This document shows, piece by piece, positions 1 to 9,875 of a stretch of 64,000 bases of DNA. Position 1 is the stretch's first letter. Each line of letters starts with the position of its first letter. The position numbers were made by a program, and so were the translations under genes. The stretch is from an uncultured Gemmatimonadales bacterium. GTDB taxonomy: Bacteria > Gemmatimonadota > Gemmatimonadetes > Gemmatimonadales > GWC2-71-9. The stretch covers positions 2,086,560 through 2,150,559 of the forward strand of contig CAVVWJ010000002.1 of the NCBI GenBank assembly GCA_963751925.1, read 5' to 3'. Below the pieces are notes generated by a model, which searched no databases, had not been told where the DNA came from, and saw nothing but the letters and a program-made list of their open reading frames with translations.

Positions 1-1
1 C

Positions 2-346
2 ATCTCACACGACTTTGCCGCGTCAGAGAAGGTATCTGTGACATTGGGTGCTCTGGCGGGCTTCAGCGCCGGCCAGGGGGTCAGCGACAACCTCGATGAG
101 TCCGCCAACTTCATCGACGACGGCTTTACTCACCTCGATCTTTCGGCGGCGGTCCCCTTCAGTGCCGGGCCGCTTTCCATCACACCCGCGCTACACTTTG
201 TGGTGACGGGCGACGAGATCACCAAGGTGACCAAGTTCAATGAGACCACCGGCCTGCCCAACCGGAAGGACGTCAAGGTCTGGTTCGGTGGAACGATCGG
301 ATGGTCGAAGGGATTCGGCGCCGAGCCGGAAACTCCGAGCGAGTAG
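2..346 (+). CDS. hypothetical protein, C-terminal fragment (N-terminus lies upstream of the window)
   Basis: Frame is open from the window edge to TAG 344-346. Gly/Thr-rich alternating pattern suggests a beta-rich (porin-like?) fold, but I recognise no named motif. Confidence 0.4.
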   Translation: MSHDFAASEKVSVTLGALAGFSAGQGVSDNLDESANFIDDGFTHLDLSAAVPFSAGPLSITPALHFVVTGDEITKVTKFNETTGLPNRKDVKVWFGGTIGWSKGFGAEPETPSE

Positions 347-356
347 CACACCACCT

Positions 357-383
357 GGTGCCAGGGGGATTTCCCCTGGCACC
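357..383. terminator. hairpin between convergent genes (possible bidirectional terminator)
   Basis: Perfect 11-bp stem GGTGCCAGGGG/CCCCTGGCACC with a 5-nt loop, between stop codons at 346 (+) and 389 (-). No clear U-tract. Confidence 0.4.
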
Positions 384-388
384 TCGGG

Positions 389-1741
389 TTAGAGGCCGTT
401 AGCAACTTCGCGAAAGGTATCTTCTAGTCGGCCCAGCATGTCCTGCAGCCGCTCCATGGGGATCCCCAGAGCGGGCTCGATGCGGATGACATCCGCCTTG
501 GAATAGGTCCCCGCCACCAACACACCGCGCTTGAACAGGCCGGAAGCGACTTTCCAGCCAATCTCCTGTTGATGAAACTCCATTCCCAGAAGCAAGCCCT
601 TACCGCGGGCGTTCTTGAGCACAGCCGGGTATTTCTCTCGAAGACACCCGAGCTCCCGCAGCAGAAAGTCTCCCTTGGTTGCAGCCTGGCCGGGTAAATC
701 CTCCTCGAGTGTCACCTGGATCGCCGCAAGCCCAGCGGCGCAGGCCAGAGGATTGCCGCCGAACGTGGTCGAGTGGATGATCGGATTGGGAATCATCACC
801 TCCCAGATCGCCGCGGTCGAGATGAACGCCGACAGCGGCATGACCCCGCCCCCGATCGATTTGCCGACGCACATGATATCGGGAACCACGTTCCAGTGGT
901 CCACGCCCCAGAGCTTCCCGGTCCGTCCCATACCGGTCTGGATCTCGTCGGCAATCAGGAGCGCACCATACTGGGTACAGAGCTCCCGTGCCCGGGGGAA
1001 GTAGTCGGGCGGAGGGACAACACCGCCGGCCTCGCCCTGGACCGGCTCCAGGACGAGCCCCGCGATCTTCACACCGACGGCTTCGGAGCGGCGGAACTCG
1101 TCCTCCAGCGCGTCCGCATCGCCGTAGGGAACGAATCGAACGTCTTGAAGCCCCGACTGGAACGGCTCGCGGAAGGACGCCTTACCCATGAGCGAGAGGG
1201 AGCCCAGGGTCTTTCCGTGAAAACCGCCGATGGTGCTAATGAACGTGCTTCGCTTGGTATACAGCCGGGTAAGCTTTATGGCACCTTCGATGGCATCGGT
1301 GCCATTGTTGATGAAGAAAGAGTTCTGGAGATCCCCCGGCGTCACCTCGGCCAGCACCCGGGCCAGTGCGGCTCTCCAGGGTTCGAGCAGCTCCTGACTG
1401 TTGAGCGCCATGCGCTGCAGCTGATCGGTGACCGCCTTCACAACTTTGGGATGATTGACCCCGGCGCTGAAGATCCCAAAGCCGCCCAGACAGTCGATGT
1501 ACTCACGCCCCAGCAGATCACAAAGGACCGAACCTTCGCCAGACCATTCCAGCGCCGCGAACTGACCGGCCTCAGTGACTGACTTCCGGTAGCTGATGAA
1601 TCCCCGATTGTAGTACTTCTCGTAGCTCTCGACCGTTTCTCCGATAAAGGCCTGCTTTTCAGCAGTCGACAGCTTTCGACCGCCAATGAGGTCCAGATAC
1701 CGGCTGGTGTGACGCAATACTTGATCGTTCGGTAACCGCAA
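389..1741 (-). CDS. patA: class-III PLP aminotransferase, putrescine aminotransferase-like
   Basis: 450 aa. YRKSVT...EW...DCLGGFGIF N-terminal block resembles E. coli PatA/YgjG. PLP-Lys motif DIMCVGKSIGGG. TTG start 10 nt after AAGGAG. Sits in the polyamine transporter operon. Confidence 0.8.
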   Translation of the reverse strand: MRLPNDQVLRHTSRYLDLIGGRKLSTAEKQAFIGETVESYEKYYNRGFISYRKSVTEAGQFAALEWSGEGSVLCDLLGREYIDCLGGFGIFSAGVNHPKVVKAVTDQLQRMALNSQELLEPWRAALARVLAEVTPGDLQNSFFINNGTDAIEGAIKLTRLYTKRSTFISTIGGFHGKTLGSLSLMGKASFREPFQSGLQDVRFVPYGDADALEDEFRRSEAVGVKIAGLVLEPVQGEAGGVVPPPDYFPRARELCTQYGALLIADEIQTGMGRTGKLWGVDHWNVVPDIMCVGKSIGGGVMPLSAFISTAAIWEVMIPNPIIHSTTFGGNPLACAAGLAAIQVTLEEDLPGQAATKGDFLLRELGCLREKYPAVLKNARGKGLLLGMEFHQQEIGWKVASGLFKRGVLVAGTYSKADVIRIEPALGIPMERLQDMLGRLEDTFREVANGL

Positions 1742-1756
1742 TTAATCGGCGCTCCT

Positions 1757-2917
1757 TTAGGCTGATTTGATTTCGGTCCAGAGCTGATCCCACGTGGCGG
1801 TGTCTTTGCCGAGGTCGACTTGATACTCGAGCCGCTTGAGCTCCTCCTCAGTCGGATATGGTACCGCATTCTTCATGACCCGGGCGGCAGCCGCATTCGG
1901 TGTCCCGTAGCCGGTCGCCTCGGATAGCGCGGCCCCCACTTCCGGCCGCAGGATGTAGTTCATCCATTCGTGCGCGGCTCGCTTGTTCGGCGCGCTCTTC
2001 GGCACGCACATGGCATCACCCCAGATGGTGCATCCTTCCTTGGGGATGACGTAAGCGAGATTGGGCTGCTCGGCCTTGGCCTGGGTTGTGTCGCCATTCC
2101 AGAGCTGGGAGATCCACACATCGCCTGAGATGAGCTGGGCCTTCACCGGGGCCGAGATGTAGGCCTTCAAATTCTTCTTGGCCACGATGGAGTCTGCCTT
2201 GGCCTGGGCCAGCTCCTTGGGATCCGTCGAGTTCAGGGAATGACCCCGGTACCGGAGCTCAGCCCCAATGACTTCCCGACCATCATCCATCATTGTCATC
2301 TTCTTGGCGAATTGTTTGTCGGCAAACACCGCCCAACTATCGATGGGAGTCTTGATCTTGTCGTTCCGATAAGCGATTCCAGTGGTCCCCCACTGCCAGG
2401 GAACAGTATGCTTGCTCCCGGGATCACTCGGCAGGTTCTGAAAGATCGGTGAAATGTTTGCCAGATTCGTCAGATACTTTTTGTTGACCGGAACGATGAG
2501 ATCGGTCGCCACCAAGACTGGGATGATGTATCCGGACGGTACGATGATGTCGTACCCACTGGCGCCAGCCTGGAGCTTGGCGACCATCTCTTCATTGCTC
2601 TCGTAGGTATCGTAGGTGACCTTGACGCCAAATTCCTTTTCGAAGTTGGGAACGGTGTTCTCGGCGATGTAGTCCGACCAATTGTAGATGTGAAGCTCCT
2701 TCTCGATCGGTCCCAGATCTGCCATCTGTGTGGCTGCACCGGTGCTGTCCGCCGAGGTGGCTGCCGCACGCTCCTTTCCCTTGCAAGCGTTCAGGAGCAC
2801 GCCGACCGAGCTGACGCTCAGTCCGAGCGCCAGCGCGCGAACAACGAAATCCCGCCGCGACACGCCGCCAGACTCGAGTCCTTCCACCAGGCGTTCGATC
2901 TCCTTGCGCTTTTCCAC
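1757..2917 (-). CDS. potF: putrescine/spermidine ABC transporter substrate-binding protein (PotF/PotD family), Tat-type signal
   Basis: LHIYNWSDYIA..FEKE.G.KV.YD..SNE...KL.AG..GYD..VPS matches the PotF/PotD N-terminal block. Twin-arginine SRRDFV signal at the N-terminus. Confidence 0.85.
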   Translation of the reverse strand: MEKRKEIERLVEGLESGGVSRRDFVVRALALGLSVSSVGVLLNACKGKERAAATSADSTGAATQMADLGPIEKELHIYNWSDYIAENTVPNFEKEFGVKVTYDTYESNEEMVAKLQAGASGYDIIVPSGYIIPVLVATDLIVPVNKKYLTNLANISPIFQNLPSDPGSKHTVPWQWGTTGIAYRNDKIKTPIDSWAVFADKQFAKKMTMMDDGREVIGAELRYRGHSLNSTDPKELAQAKADSIVAKKNLKAYISAPVKAQLISGDVWISQLWNGDTTQAKAEQPNLAYVIPKEGCTIWGDAMCVPKSAPNKRAAHEWMNYILRPEVGAALSEATGYGTPNAAAARVMKNAVPYPTEEELKRLEYQVDLGKDTATWDQLWTEIKSA

Positions 2918-2959
2918 TGGGCTGCCTCCTCGCTAGAGTCGTGTCAACATGCAGAGAGC

Positions 2960-4234
2960 CTAATTGAGCCAGTCGCGCACTCGGTAATACCCTCCTACAA
3001 ATGGGAGGAACCAGGGGACGCCATTGAAAAACGGAATCGGGGCGAAATGATCCGTCCCCAGGTCAGGAAGCTCAGCCGACCCGGAAAGCACCTCCCCCAT
3101 ACGATTGCCCAGATAGGTGGCCAACGCTACTCCGTGACCACAGTACCCCATGGCATAGTGCACTCCATCGAGCCGCCCAACGTGAGGGAGGTGATCCACA
3201 GGGTACGCGACTTTCCCCGACCAAGCGTACTCCACCGGCTCATCGGTCAACTCGGGAAACACCTCTCTCATGCCGGCATGGAGAATCGCCGCGCTCCTCT
3301 TTATGCTGGTGGGCGTGAAGGAGGCACGGCCGCCAAACACCATCCTGCAGTCGGGCGAGAGCCGGAAATAGTATAGCAGGTGCTTGGTGTCGCTCAGCAC
3401 CCGTCCTCGGGGTATCAGTCGCCGAGCCAGCTCGTCGCCAAGAGGGCGGGTGGCGATGAGATAGCTCCCGATGGGGATCACGCGACGGCGAAGTCCAGCG
3501 AGAGCCGGCGGGGTGTAGCCGTTCGTAGCCGCCAGCACCTCCCGGGCCCGGACGACACCAGCCGATGTCTTCAGCTCGAATCCGTCAGGCACTCTGGTCA
3601 AGCCGGTTACTTCGGTGCCTTCGAGGACGCGGGCTCCCGCGCGCCGGGCCGCTACTCCCAGGCCCCGGACGTACCGGGCGGGCTGCAGCGAGCAGGCGGC
3701 CGGGTCTACCAGGGCACCATGATACCGCTTGGAGCCGATTTCACGAGCCATTTCGCCTGGGCCCAGGAGCTGGGTCTCATAGCTGAGCTGCTCACGGAGA
3801 AAGCGGCCGCTCTCCTCCAGGGCCCGGAGATGCCCCGGCTTTGCGGCCAGAGTCACCGCTCCCGAGCGAGCGAAGTCGCACTCGATAGTTTCCTCACGAA
3901 TCAGACGCTCCACGTACGCGATCGCATCGAGTGACAGCTCGAACATGCTGCGCGCTCGCGCCGGACCCAGCATTCGGGCCAACTCCTCCATCTCCGGCTT
4001 GTAGCCCGGGAGGACGAAGCCGCCGTTGCGCCCGCTCGCACCCCAGCCCACGGTGTGGCGCTCCAGCACCGTGACGTCGGTGCCTCGGCGCGCCAGGGTC
4101 AGAGCCGCTGACAGCCCGGTGTACCCTCCCCCGATCACGGCCACATCGGTTGAGTCAGGGAGCCCGGGGGATGGTGCTCTGGAGGTCCCTTCCTCCCGCG
4201 TTGCCGCCTCGGTCCAGAGACAACGTTCATCCAC
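2960..4234 (-). CDS. FAD-dependent amine oxidoreductase (DAO family, gamma-glutamylputrescine oxidase PuuB-like)
   Basis: DVAVIGGGYTGLSAAL dinucleotide fold followed by GASGRNGG. Length (424 aa) and C-terminal GYCGHGV block resemble PuuB-type oxidases. Confidence 0.75.
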   Translation of the reverse strand: MDERCLWTEAATREEGTSRAPSPGLPDSTDVAVIGGGYTGLSAALTLARRGTDVTVLERHTVGWGASGRNGGFVLPGYKPEMEELARMLGPARARSMFELSLDAIAYVERLIREETIECDFARSGAVTLAAKPGHLRALEESGRFLREQLSYETQLLGPGEMAREIGSKRYHGALVDPAACSLQPARYVRGLGVAARRAGARVLEGTEVTGLTRVPDGFELKTSAGVVRAREVLAATNGYTPPALAGLRRRVIPIGSYLIATRPLGDELARRLIPRGRVLSDTKHLLYYFRLSPDCRMVFGGRASFTPTSIKRSAAILHAGMREVFPELTDEPVEYAWSGKVAYPVDHLPHVGRLDGVHYAMGYCGHGVALATYLGNRMGEVLSGSAELPDLGTDHFAPIPFFNGVPWFLPFVGGYYRVRDWLN

Positions 4235-4252
4235 CTTGAATTCCCCGGGTCA

Positions 4253-5029
4253 TCATCCCTTGGCCCGTGCGAGGCGGTCCGCCAGGTAAATAAGAATCGC
4301 AGTCATCAGCAGGATGATCGTGCTGATCGCGTTGATACTCGGTTCCACGTTCTTCCGCACCATCCCATACACGACAATCGGAAGAGTCGAGGAGCCGGAG
4401 CCCGAGACAAACGAGGTGATCACGTAATCGTCGAACGACATCGTGAAAGCCAGCAGCGCGCCTGAAAGAATCCCGGGCCAGAGCTGGGGGACCGTCACCT
4501 TCCAGAAGGTGGTGATCTCGTCCGCACCAAGGATCATCGCAGCCTCCTCCAGGTTCTCATCCATCCCCTCGAGCCGGGCCAGCACCACTACGACCACGAA
4601 CGAAATGCAAAAGGCAACATGTGCGATGGTGATGGTCGTGAGCCCGAGTGGGAACTTCAGCAGCGCAAAGAGAATGAGCAGAGAGATGCCGACCACGATC
4701 TCGGGCGTGACTATAGGGACGTAGAGAAAGCCCTCGAACGCCCGGCGACCGCGGAACCGGTGCCGGGCGAGTGCCAGCGCGATCAGAGTTCCGATGACGG
4801 CGGAGATGACAGTGGCAGCACCGCCTACGATGAGGCTGGCCTTGAGACCTCGCAGGATATCGGGGCGCTCCAGAAGCCGGTGATACCACCGGAAAGTGAA
4901 CCCGGTCCAATCCACCGAGAATTTCGAGTTGTTGAACGAGAAAATCACCAACACCAGAATCGGCGCGTGCAAAAAGAAGTACACCACTGCGGCAAATCCG
5001 ATCAGCCACTGCGGCAGCCGGTTGTTCAT
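4253..5029 (-). CDS. potC: polyamine ABC transporter permease (PotC/PotI-like)
   Basis: Multi-TM protein of the MetI-like permease family. I use ATG 5029 (MNNRLPQW...), which forms an ATGA overlap with the upstream permease stop; the track start at 5125 adds a non-membrane leader. Confidence 0.85.
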   Translation of the reverse strand: MNNRLPQWLIGFAAVVYFFLHAPILVLVIFSFNNSKFSVDWTGFTFRWYHRLLERPDILRGLKASLIVGGAATVISAVIGTLIALALARHRFRGRRAFEGFLYVPIVTPEIVVGISLLILFALLKFPLGLTTITIAHVAFCISFVVVVVLARLEGMDENLEEAAMILGADEITTFWKVTVPQLWPGILSGALLAFTMSFDDYVITSFVSGSGSSTLPIVVYGMVRKNVEPSINAISTIILLMTAILIYLADRLARAKG

Positions 5030-5904
5030 TGCGGGATCCCTCGATCCCGGACCCTCAGATAGAGCAGCACGGCAACCAGTACCAGGGCCATGACGATGAA
5101 CGACGCAGCAGACCCGAACGGCCAATTGCGAGCCGAGGAGAACTGGTTCTGCACCAGATTGCCGATCATGAGTTGCTTGGCCCCACCCAGCAGATCGGAT
5201 GTCAGAAACGATCCAAGTGCCGGGATGAACACGAGAAGGCAGCCCGCCACGACGCCAGGCATCGACAGCGGGAGGGTGATCCTTCTGAAGCGCGCCCCCG
5301 GTTTCGCCCCCAGCACCTCGGCGGCCTCCAGCAGCGACAGATCGAGCTTCTCTAGTGAGGCGTAGATCGGCAGAATCATGAATGGGAGAAAGCCGTAGAC
5401 CAGACCGGCCATGACGGCAAATGGCGTATACAGAATCGTCATCGGCTCATCGATGATGCCCAGCTTGAGCATCCAATTGTTGAGCAGGCCGGTGTCACGC
5501 ATCAGGAAGATCATGGCGAACGTGCGGACCAGAAAGCTGGTCCAGAACGGGAGCACCACGAGAAACAGGAGCAGGTTGCGCCAGCGTCCGCCCCGGGCAA
5601 TGACGTAGGCAACGGGGTATCCCAGAATGAGGCAGATGATGGTGCAGACGATGGACCACGCGAAGGTCCGCTGCAGGACTTCCAGATACAGCGGGTCGAA
5701 AAACCGCTGGTAGTGCTCCAGCGTAAAGCCGCGCTCCACCCCCCCGTAGATGCCGCGGGGCATAAGGCTGTAGACCAGCATGATGATGATCGGAACCAGG
5801 AAGAACGCGAGCAGCCAGGCAGCCCCGGGCGCGAGGAGAGCCCAGGCCCGGGCTTCCGGCCGGCGGTAGAGCCAGGCAAGTGCTCGCTCCCGGAGAGCAG
5901 CCAC
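5026..5904 (-). CDS. potB: polyamine ABC transporter permease (PotB/PotH-like)
   Basis: 292 aa, six predicted TM segments, EAA-type loop (LLEAAEVLGAKPG). GTG start overlaps the ATPase stop by 1 nt. Confidence 0.85.
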   Translation of the reverse strand: MAALRERALAWLYRRPEARAWALLAPGAAWLLAFFLVPIIIMLVYSLMPRGIYGGVERGFTLEHYQRFFDPLYLEVLQRTFAWSIVCTIICLILGYPVAYVIARGGRWRNLLLFLVVLPFWTSFLVRTFAMIFLMRDTGLLNNWMLKLGIIDEPMTILYTPFAVMAGLVYGFLPFMILPIYASLEKLDLSLLEAAEVLGAKPGARFRRITLPLSMPGVVAGCLLVFIPALGSFLTSDLLGGAKQLMIGNLVQNQFSSARNWPFGSAASFIVMALVLVAVLLYLRVRDRGIPQ

Positions 5905-7088
5905 TATTCCTGCTCCAGGATCTGACAGTCTTCCGGCAGCCAGGCCACCGCGGCGGCTTCCCCCTTCTTCCAGGGAAGCGGCTTGATGAGCTGTCCCTCG
6001 TTCCGCACCGCCACCGTCACATCACCTGCTCCAGGGACGGTCACGATGACGTGCATCGTCTCCCCCAGGTAAATGATGTCTCGGATGGTACCCCCCAACG
6101 CGTTTTCTCCGGGCGGGACCTGATGCGGCGGCCACACATCCATCCATTCGGGCCGGACCGCGATTCGGACCTCACACCCTTCGGTCAGGCTCGGGTGACT
6201 GGGTACCCGAAACGACGCATTCCCGGTCTGGCGCACGAGCCACTGGCCATTGGCTCGATCTGCGGCTCTGCCCTCAAAGAAGTTGGACTCCCCGATGAAC
6301 TTGGCGACAAAGGCGGTGCGAGGATTTTCGTAGATCTCGGCTGGGGTTCCCAGCTGAGCCACTCGAGCGTTGTCCATGACGGCGATGCGATCCGACATTG
6401 TGAGCGCTTCTTCCTGATCGTGCGTCACGTACACGAACGTCGTGCCCAGCTGCTTGTTCAGGGCCTTGAGCTCGAGCTGCATCTCCTTTCGGAGCTTGAG
6501 GTCGATGGCGCCGAGTGGCTCATCGAGGAGAAGGATGGCAGGCTCGAGAACCAGCGCGCGAGCCAGTGCTACTCTTTGGCGCTGACCACCGGAGATCTGG
6601 CCCGGCATTCGGTTGGAGAACACGTCGGGTTTGAGTCGGACCATCTCGAGCGCGCGCCGCACTCGGTCGCCGATCTCGGCCCTGGGAGTCTTCCGCTGCT
6701 CCAGCCCGAAGGCGACGTTCCGCGCCACCGTCAGGTGAGGAAACAGCGCGTAATTCTGGAAAACCATCGAGATGCGGCGCTCATACGGCCGCTTCTTGTT
6801 GACTACCTGTCCCAGGAGACGAACTTCGCCTCCGTCTTCATCCGGCTCTTCAAAGCCGGCGAGGAGCCGTAAGGTTGTGGTCTTGCCACAGCCGGAAGGG
6901 CCCAGCAGTGAAAAAAACTCACCCGGGTAGATGTCGAACGAGATTCCATCGACGGCTTTGAGACTCCCGAAACTCTTGGAGACTCGGGAGAACTGCACGA
7001 CGGGGCTGGTTTTCGGCGAAGTTGGGGCGGCCACGGGGAGGAGATCCTTTGCCAGGGCGTGGCTCGGCCTAGGTAAATGGTGCTGCAA
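5904..7088 (-). CDS. potA: polyamine ABC transporter ATP-binding protein (PotA/PotG-like)
   Basis: Walker A GPSGCGKTT, signature ISGGQRQRVALARAL, Walker B LLLDEP, and a C-terminal TOBE-like domain. The true start may be downstream of 7088. Confidence 0.9.
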   Translation of the reverse strand: MQHHLPRPSHALAKDLLPVAAPTSPKTSPVVQFSRVSKSFGSLKAVDGISFDIYPGEFFSLLGPSGCGKTTTLRLLAGFEEPDEDGGEVRLLGQVVNKKRPYERRISMVFQNYALFPHLTVARNVAFGLEQRKTPRAEIGDRVRRALEMVRLKPDVFSNRMPGQISGGQRQRVALARALVLEPAILLLDEPLGAIDLKLRKEMQLELKALNKQLGTTFVYVTHDQEEALTMSDRIAVMDNARVAQLGTPAEIYENPRTAFVAKFIGESNFFEGRAADRANGQWLVRQTGNASFRVPSHPSLTEGCEVRIAVRPEWMDVWPPHQVPPGENALGGTIRDIIYLGETMHVIVTVPGAGDVTVAVRNEGQLIKPLPWKKGEAAAVAWLPEDCQILEQE

Positions 7089-7168
7089 GGAATCGGATCA
7101 GTGGCATGGTTGGAGAAAACGTACCCCGAGCCGGGTAGCCTGTCGAGAGTGATGTCTGCCCGAATGCA

Positions 7169-8524
7169 TCAGGCGAGTACGGCAGCTCGCCCGGCGACCT
7201 GCTCCAGAGCTGCGCCGAAGGCAGCCAGCCCCTCATCTACCAGAGCATCATCGGCGTTGAGCGGCGCGAGCACCCGAATAACGTTGCCGTAGGTTCCAGC
7301 CGACAGGAGCAACAGCCCTTTTCCCAGCGCGGCGGCGAGCACTCGTCCCGTCAGTGACTTGTCAGGCGTCTTCGATCGACGATCGGTGACTAGTTCCATG
7401 CCGATCATCGCACCCAGACCGCGCACATCGCCGATGCATGGGTACTGCTGCGCCCATTCGAGAAATCGGGCTTTGACCCGGTCTCCGGTGCGCTGGGCCC
7501 GGGCCGGAATCCGCTCGGCGTCCATGGCATCGAGTACCGCAAGCGCCGCGGCACAGGCAAGGGGGTTCCCGCCGTAGGTGCCACCGAGGCCTCCGACGTG
7601 GGGAGCCTCCATCACGTCCGCCCGGCCAGTCACCGCCGCCAGCGGCAAGCCGCCCGCCAGTGACTTCGCGGTGATGATGATATCAGGCACCAGGCCGTAG
7701 TGCTCGGAGGCGAACAGCTTTCCGGTGCGGCCAAAACCGGTCTGGATCTCATCGGCGATGAACAGGATCCCGTGATCCTTGGCGAACGCCGCGAGCATCT
7801 GCACGTACTCGACAGGCGCAGGAACGAAGCCACCCTCTCCCAACTCCAGCTCCATGATGATGGCCGCAACCGACCCGGGATCCACCGTCGACGCAAGGGT
7901 CTGCTCCAGTCTGGTGCGATCCGACAGACAGCAGCGCCCACCGTCCGGACCTTCCTCGCAGCGATAGCAGTACGGGAATGGGATGCGGTAGACCTCGGGC
8001 GCGAACGGGCCGAAGCCCTTCTTGTACGGCATCACCTTCGACGTGAGGGCCATCGCGAGGTTGGTTCGCCCATGGAACCCATGCTCGAAACAGATCACCG
8101 CCGGCCTGCCGGTGAAGAACCGGGCGACCTTGACCGCGTTCTCGACAGCCTCGGCCCCGCTGTTCACGAAAAAGCTTCGCTTCTCATGGGACCCCGGAGT
8201 CAGGCGATTGAGCCGCTCGGCCAGCGCGACATAGGGCTCGTACGTCGACACCGGGAAACAGACATGAGCGAACCGCTCCAGCTGCTCCCTCACTGCTTTG
8301 ACCACGCCCTCGTGCCGGTGACCCGTGTTCACCACCCCAATACCGCCACCGAAGTCGATCAGTCGGTTACCATCCGCGTCGGTCAGGACGGCTCCTTCCG
8401 CATGGACGATGGCAATGGGTGTGACAGCCGGAACTCCCTGGGGCACCGCCTTGGAGCGTCGAGTCAGGAGAGCGCGGCTATTGGGTCCAGGTATGTCGGT
8501 CTGGAGGTGGATCACTCCGGCCAT
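7169..8524 (-). CDS. gabT: 4-aminobutyrate aminotransferase (class-III PLP aminotransferase)
   Basis: GabT-like N-terminus (GPNSRALLTRRSKAVPQGV) and PLP-Lys motif DIIITAKSLAGG. I use ATG 8524 (MAGVIHLQ...) rather than the track start at 8644. Confidence 0.8.
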   Translation of the reverse strand: MAGVIHLQTDIPGPNSRALLTRRSKAVPQGVPAVTPIAIVHAEGAVLTDADGNRLIDFGGGIGVVNTGHRHEGVVKAVREQLERFAHVCFPVSTYEPYVALAERLNRLTPGSHEKRSFFVNSGAEAVENAVKVARFFTGRPAVICFEHGFHGRTNLAMALTSKVMPYKKGFGPFAPEVYRIPFPYCYRCEEGPDGGRCCLSDRTRLEQTLASTVDPGSVAAIIMELELGEGGFVPAPVEYVQMLAAFAKDHGILFIADEIQTGFGRTGKLFASEHYGLVPDIIITAKSLAGGLPLAAVTGRADVMEAPHVGGLGGTYGGNPLACAAALAVLDAMDAERIPARAQRTGDRVKARFLEWAQQYPCIGDVRGLGAMIGMELVTDRRSKTPDKSLTGRVLAAALGKGLLLLSAGTYGNVIRVLAPLNADDALVDEGLAAFGAALEQVAGRAAVLA

Positions 8525-8683
8525 GAAAGCCTCATTCAACGGGATAGAAGAAGTCTGATCCCAACCAGCACAATCCGCCACTGATCTGGTCTCTGGCGGA
8601 CTCAGCGCCGCGCAGTATAGGATTGTAGCCGTAGAGGGGTTCACCCTCAGTCCCGCACCACATTCTCACAGGGAGCATCCTCC

Positions 8684-9868
8684 ATGACCTGGCGGCGTCC
8701 GATCTTGCGCGGCACCACTCCAGTGCTACTCGTCTCACTGGTCGCTGCAGCATGCGGGGGCGGTGAGAAGCAGGCGTCCGGCCCTGGGGCCGCGGCCAAG
8801 AAGATCACGATCTCGCGATCCAAAGATGCACTGGCGGACGCCAAGGCCTACCTCGGCCAGCTCTGCGCCAAACCAATCGGCGGAGAGCTCAACTTCATGG
8901 TGTGGGAGGGTTACACCGACACCCTCTTCACCAAGCCCTTCGAGCAGGCCTGCGGGGTAAAGGTAAACGCCACCTATATGGGGTCGAGCGACGACCTCGT
9001 TGCCAAGCTGAGGGGCGGCGGCGCCGAGACGATCGACTTGATATCTCCCTCGAGCGACGCCGCCACCGCCATCATCGAGGCCGGGCTAGCCGCGCCGCTC
9101 GAGGTCGCCCGCATACCGAGCTACAACGACCTGAGCGAGGGATTCCGCAACCTGAAAGTCGCCCGGAAAGGCGACACGGTCTACGGTCTCCCCTGGGCAT
9201 TCGGCCCCAACCCGTTGATCTACGACACCACCAAGATCAAACCCGCTCCCGACTCCTGGGGCGCACTGTGGGACAAGAAATATCGCGGGAAGCTTTCACT
9301 CCAGGACGATATCGCCACGCTGTACATGGTAGCGCAGTATCTCGGCATGGACGATCCGAAGGATCCAAGCAAGCTCTACAACCTGTCGGATCAGGATTTG
9401 GCGAAAGTCAAAGCCAAGATGCTGGAGCTTCGACCCAACGTCCGTAAGTACTGGGTAACCGCCGGAGACATGACCCAGCTATTCCAGGGCCGAGAAATCA
9501 TTGCCGGTGAAGGCTGGCCGCTCATGACCAACCAGCTGCGGCAGGCCAAGTTCCCAGCGGGAGAAACCATACCGAAGGAAGGGACGACAGCCTGGGCGGA
9601 TCATTGGGTACTTACCAAAGGCGCCAAGAATCTGGACGCCGCGTATGCCTGGCTGGAATACTCGGCCCAGCCGTTCACCCAGAAGCTCCTCAGCGATGTG
9701 ACGGCCTACATCGTCGCGAATGCCGGGGCCAAGGAGTACATGTCGCCCGAACAGGCCGCCAGCCAACGCGACATCTCCGACTACGGATCCAAGGTCAACT
9801 TCTGGCAGTGGAGCCCGCGGCGCGAGAAGTACCAGGAAATCTGGAACGAGGTGAAGGCGGGGAAGTAA
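8684..9868 (+). CDS. ABC transporter substrate-binding lipoprotein (PotD/PotF-family fold)
   Basis: Lipobox LVAAAC at the N-terminus. Periplasmic binding protein of PotD family size. First gene of a second ABC importer operon. Confidence 0.75.
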   Translation: MTWRRPILRGTTPVLLVSLVAAACGGGEKQASGPGAAAKKITISRSKDALADAKAYLGQLCAKPIGGELNFMVWEGYTDTLFTKPFEQACGVKVNATYMGSSDDLVAKLRGGGAETIDLISPSSDAATAIIEAGLAAPLEVARIPSYNDLSEGFRNLKVARKGDTVYGLPWAFGPNPLIYDTTKIKPAPDSWGALWDKKYRGKLSLQDDIATLYMVAQYLGMDDPKDPSKLYNLSDQDLAKVKAKMLELRPNVRKYWVTAGDMTQLFQGREIIAGEGWPLMTNQLRQAKFPAGETIPKEGTTAWADHWVLTKGAKNLDAAYAWLEYSAQPFTQKLLSDVTAYIVANAGAKEYMSPEQAASQRDISDYGSKVNFWQWSPRREKYQEIWNEVKAGK

Positions 9869-9875
9869 GAAGTCC

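Noticed and set aside
5880-6872. 330-aa ORF on the + strand
   Set aside because: Antisense to the PotA-like ATPase gene. No motifs; a shadow ORF.
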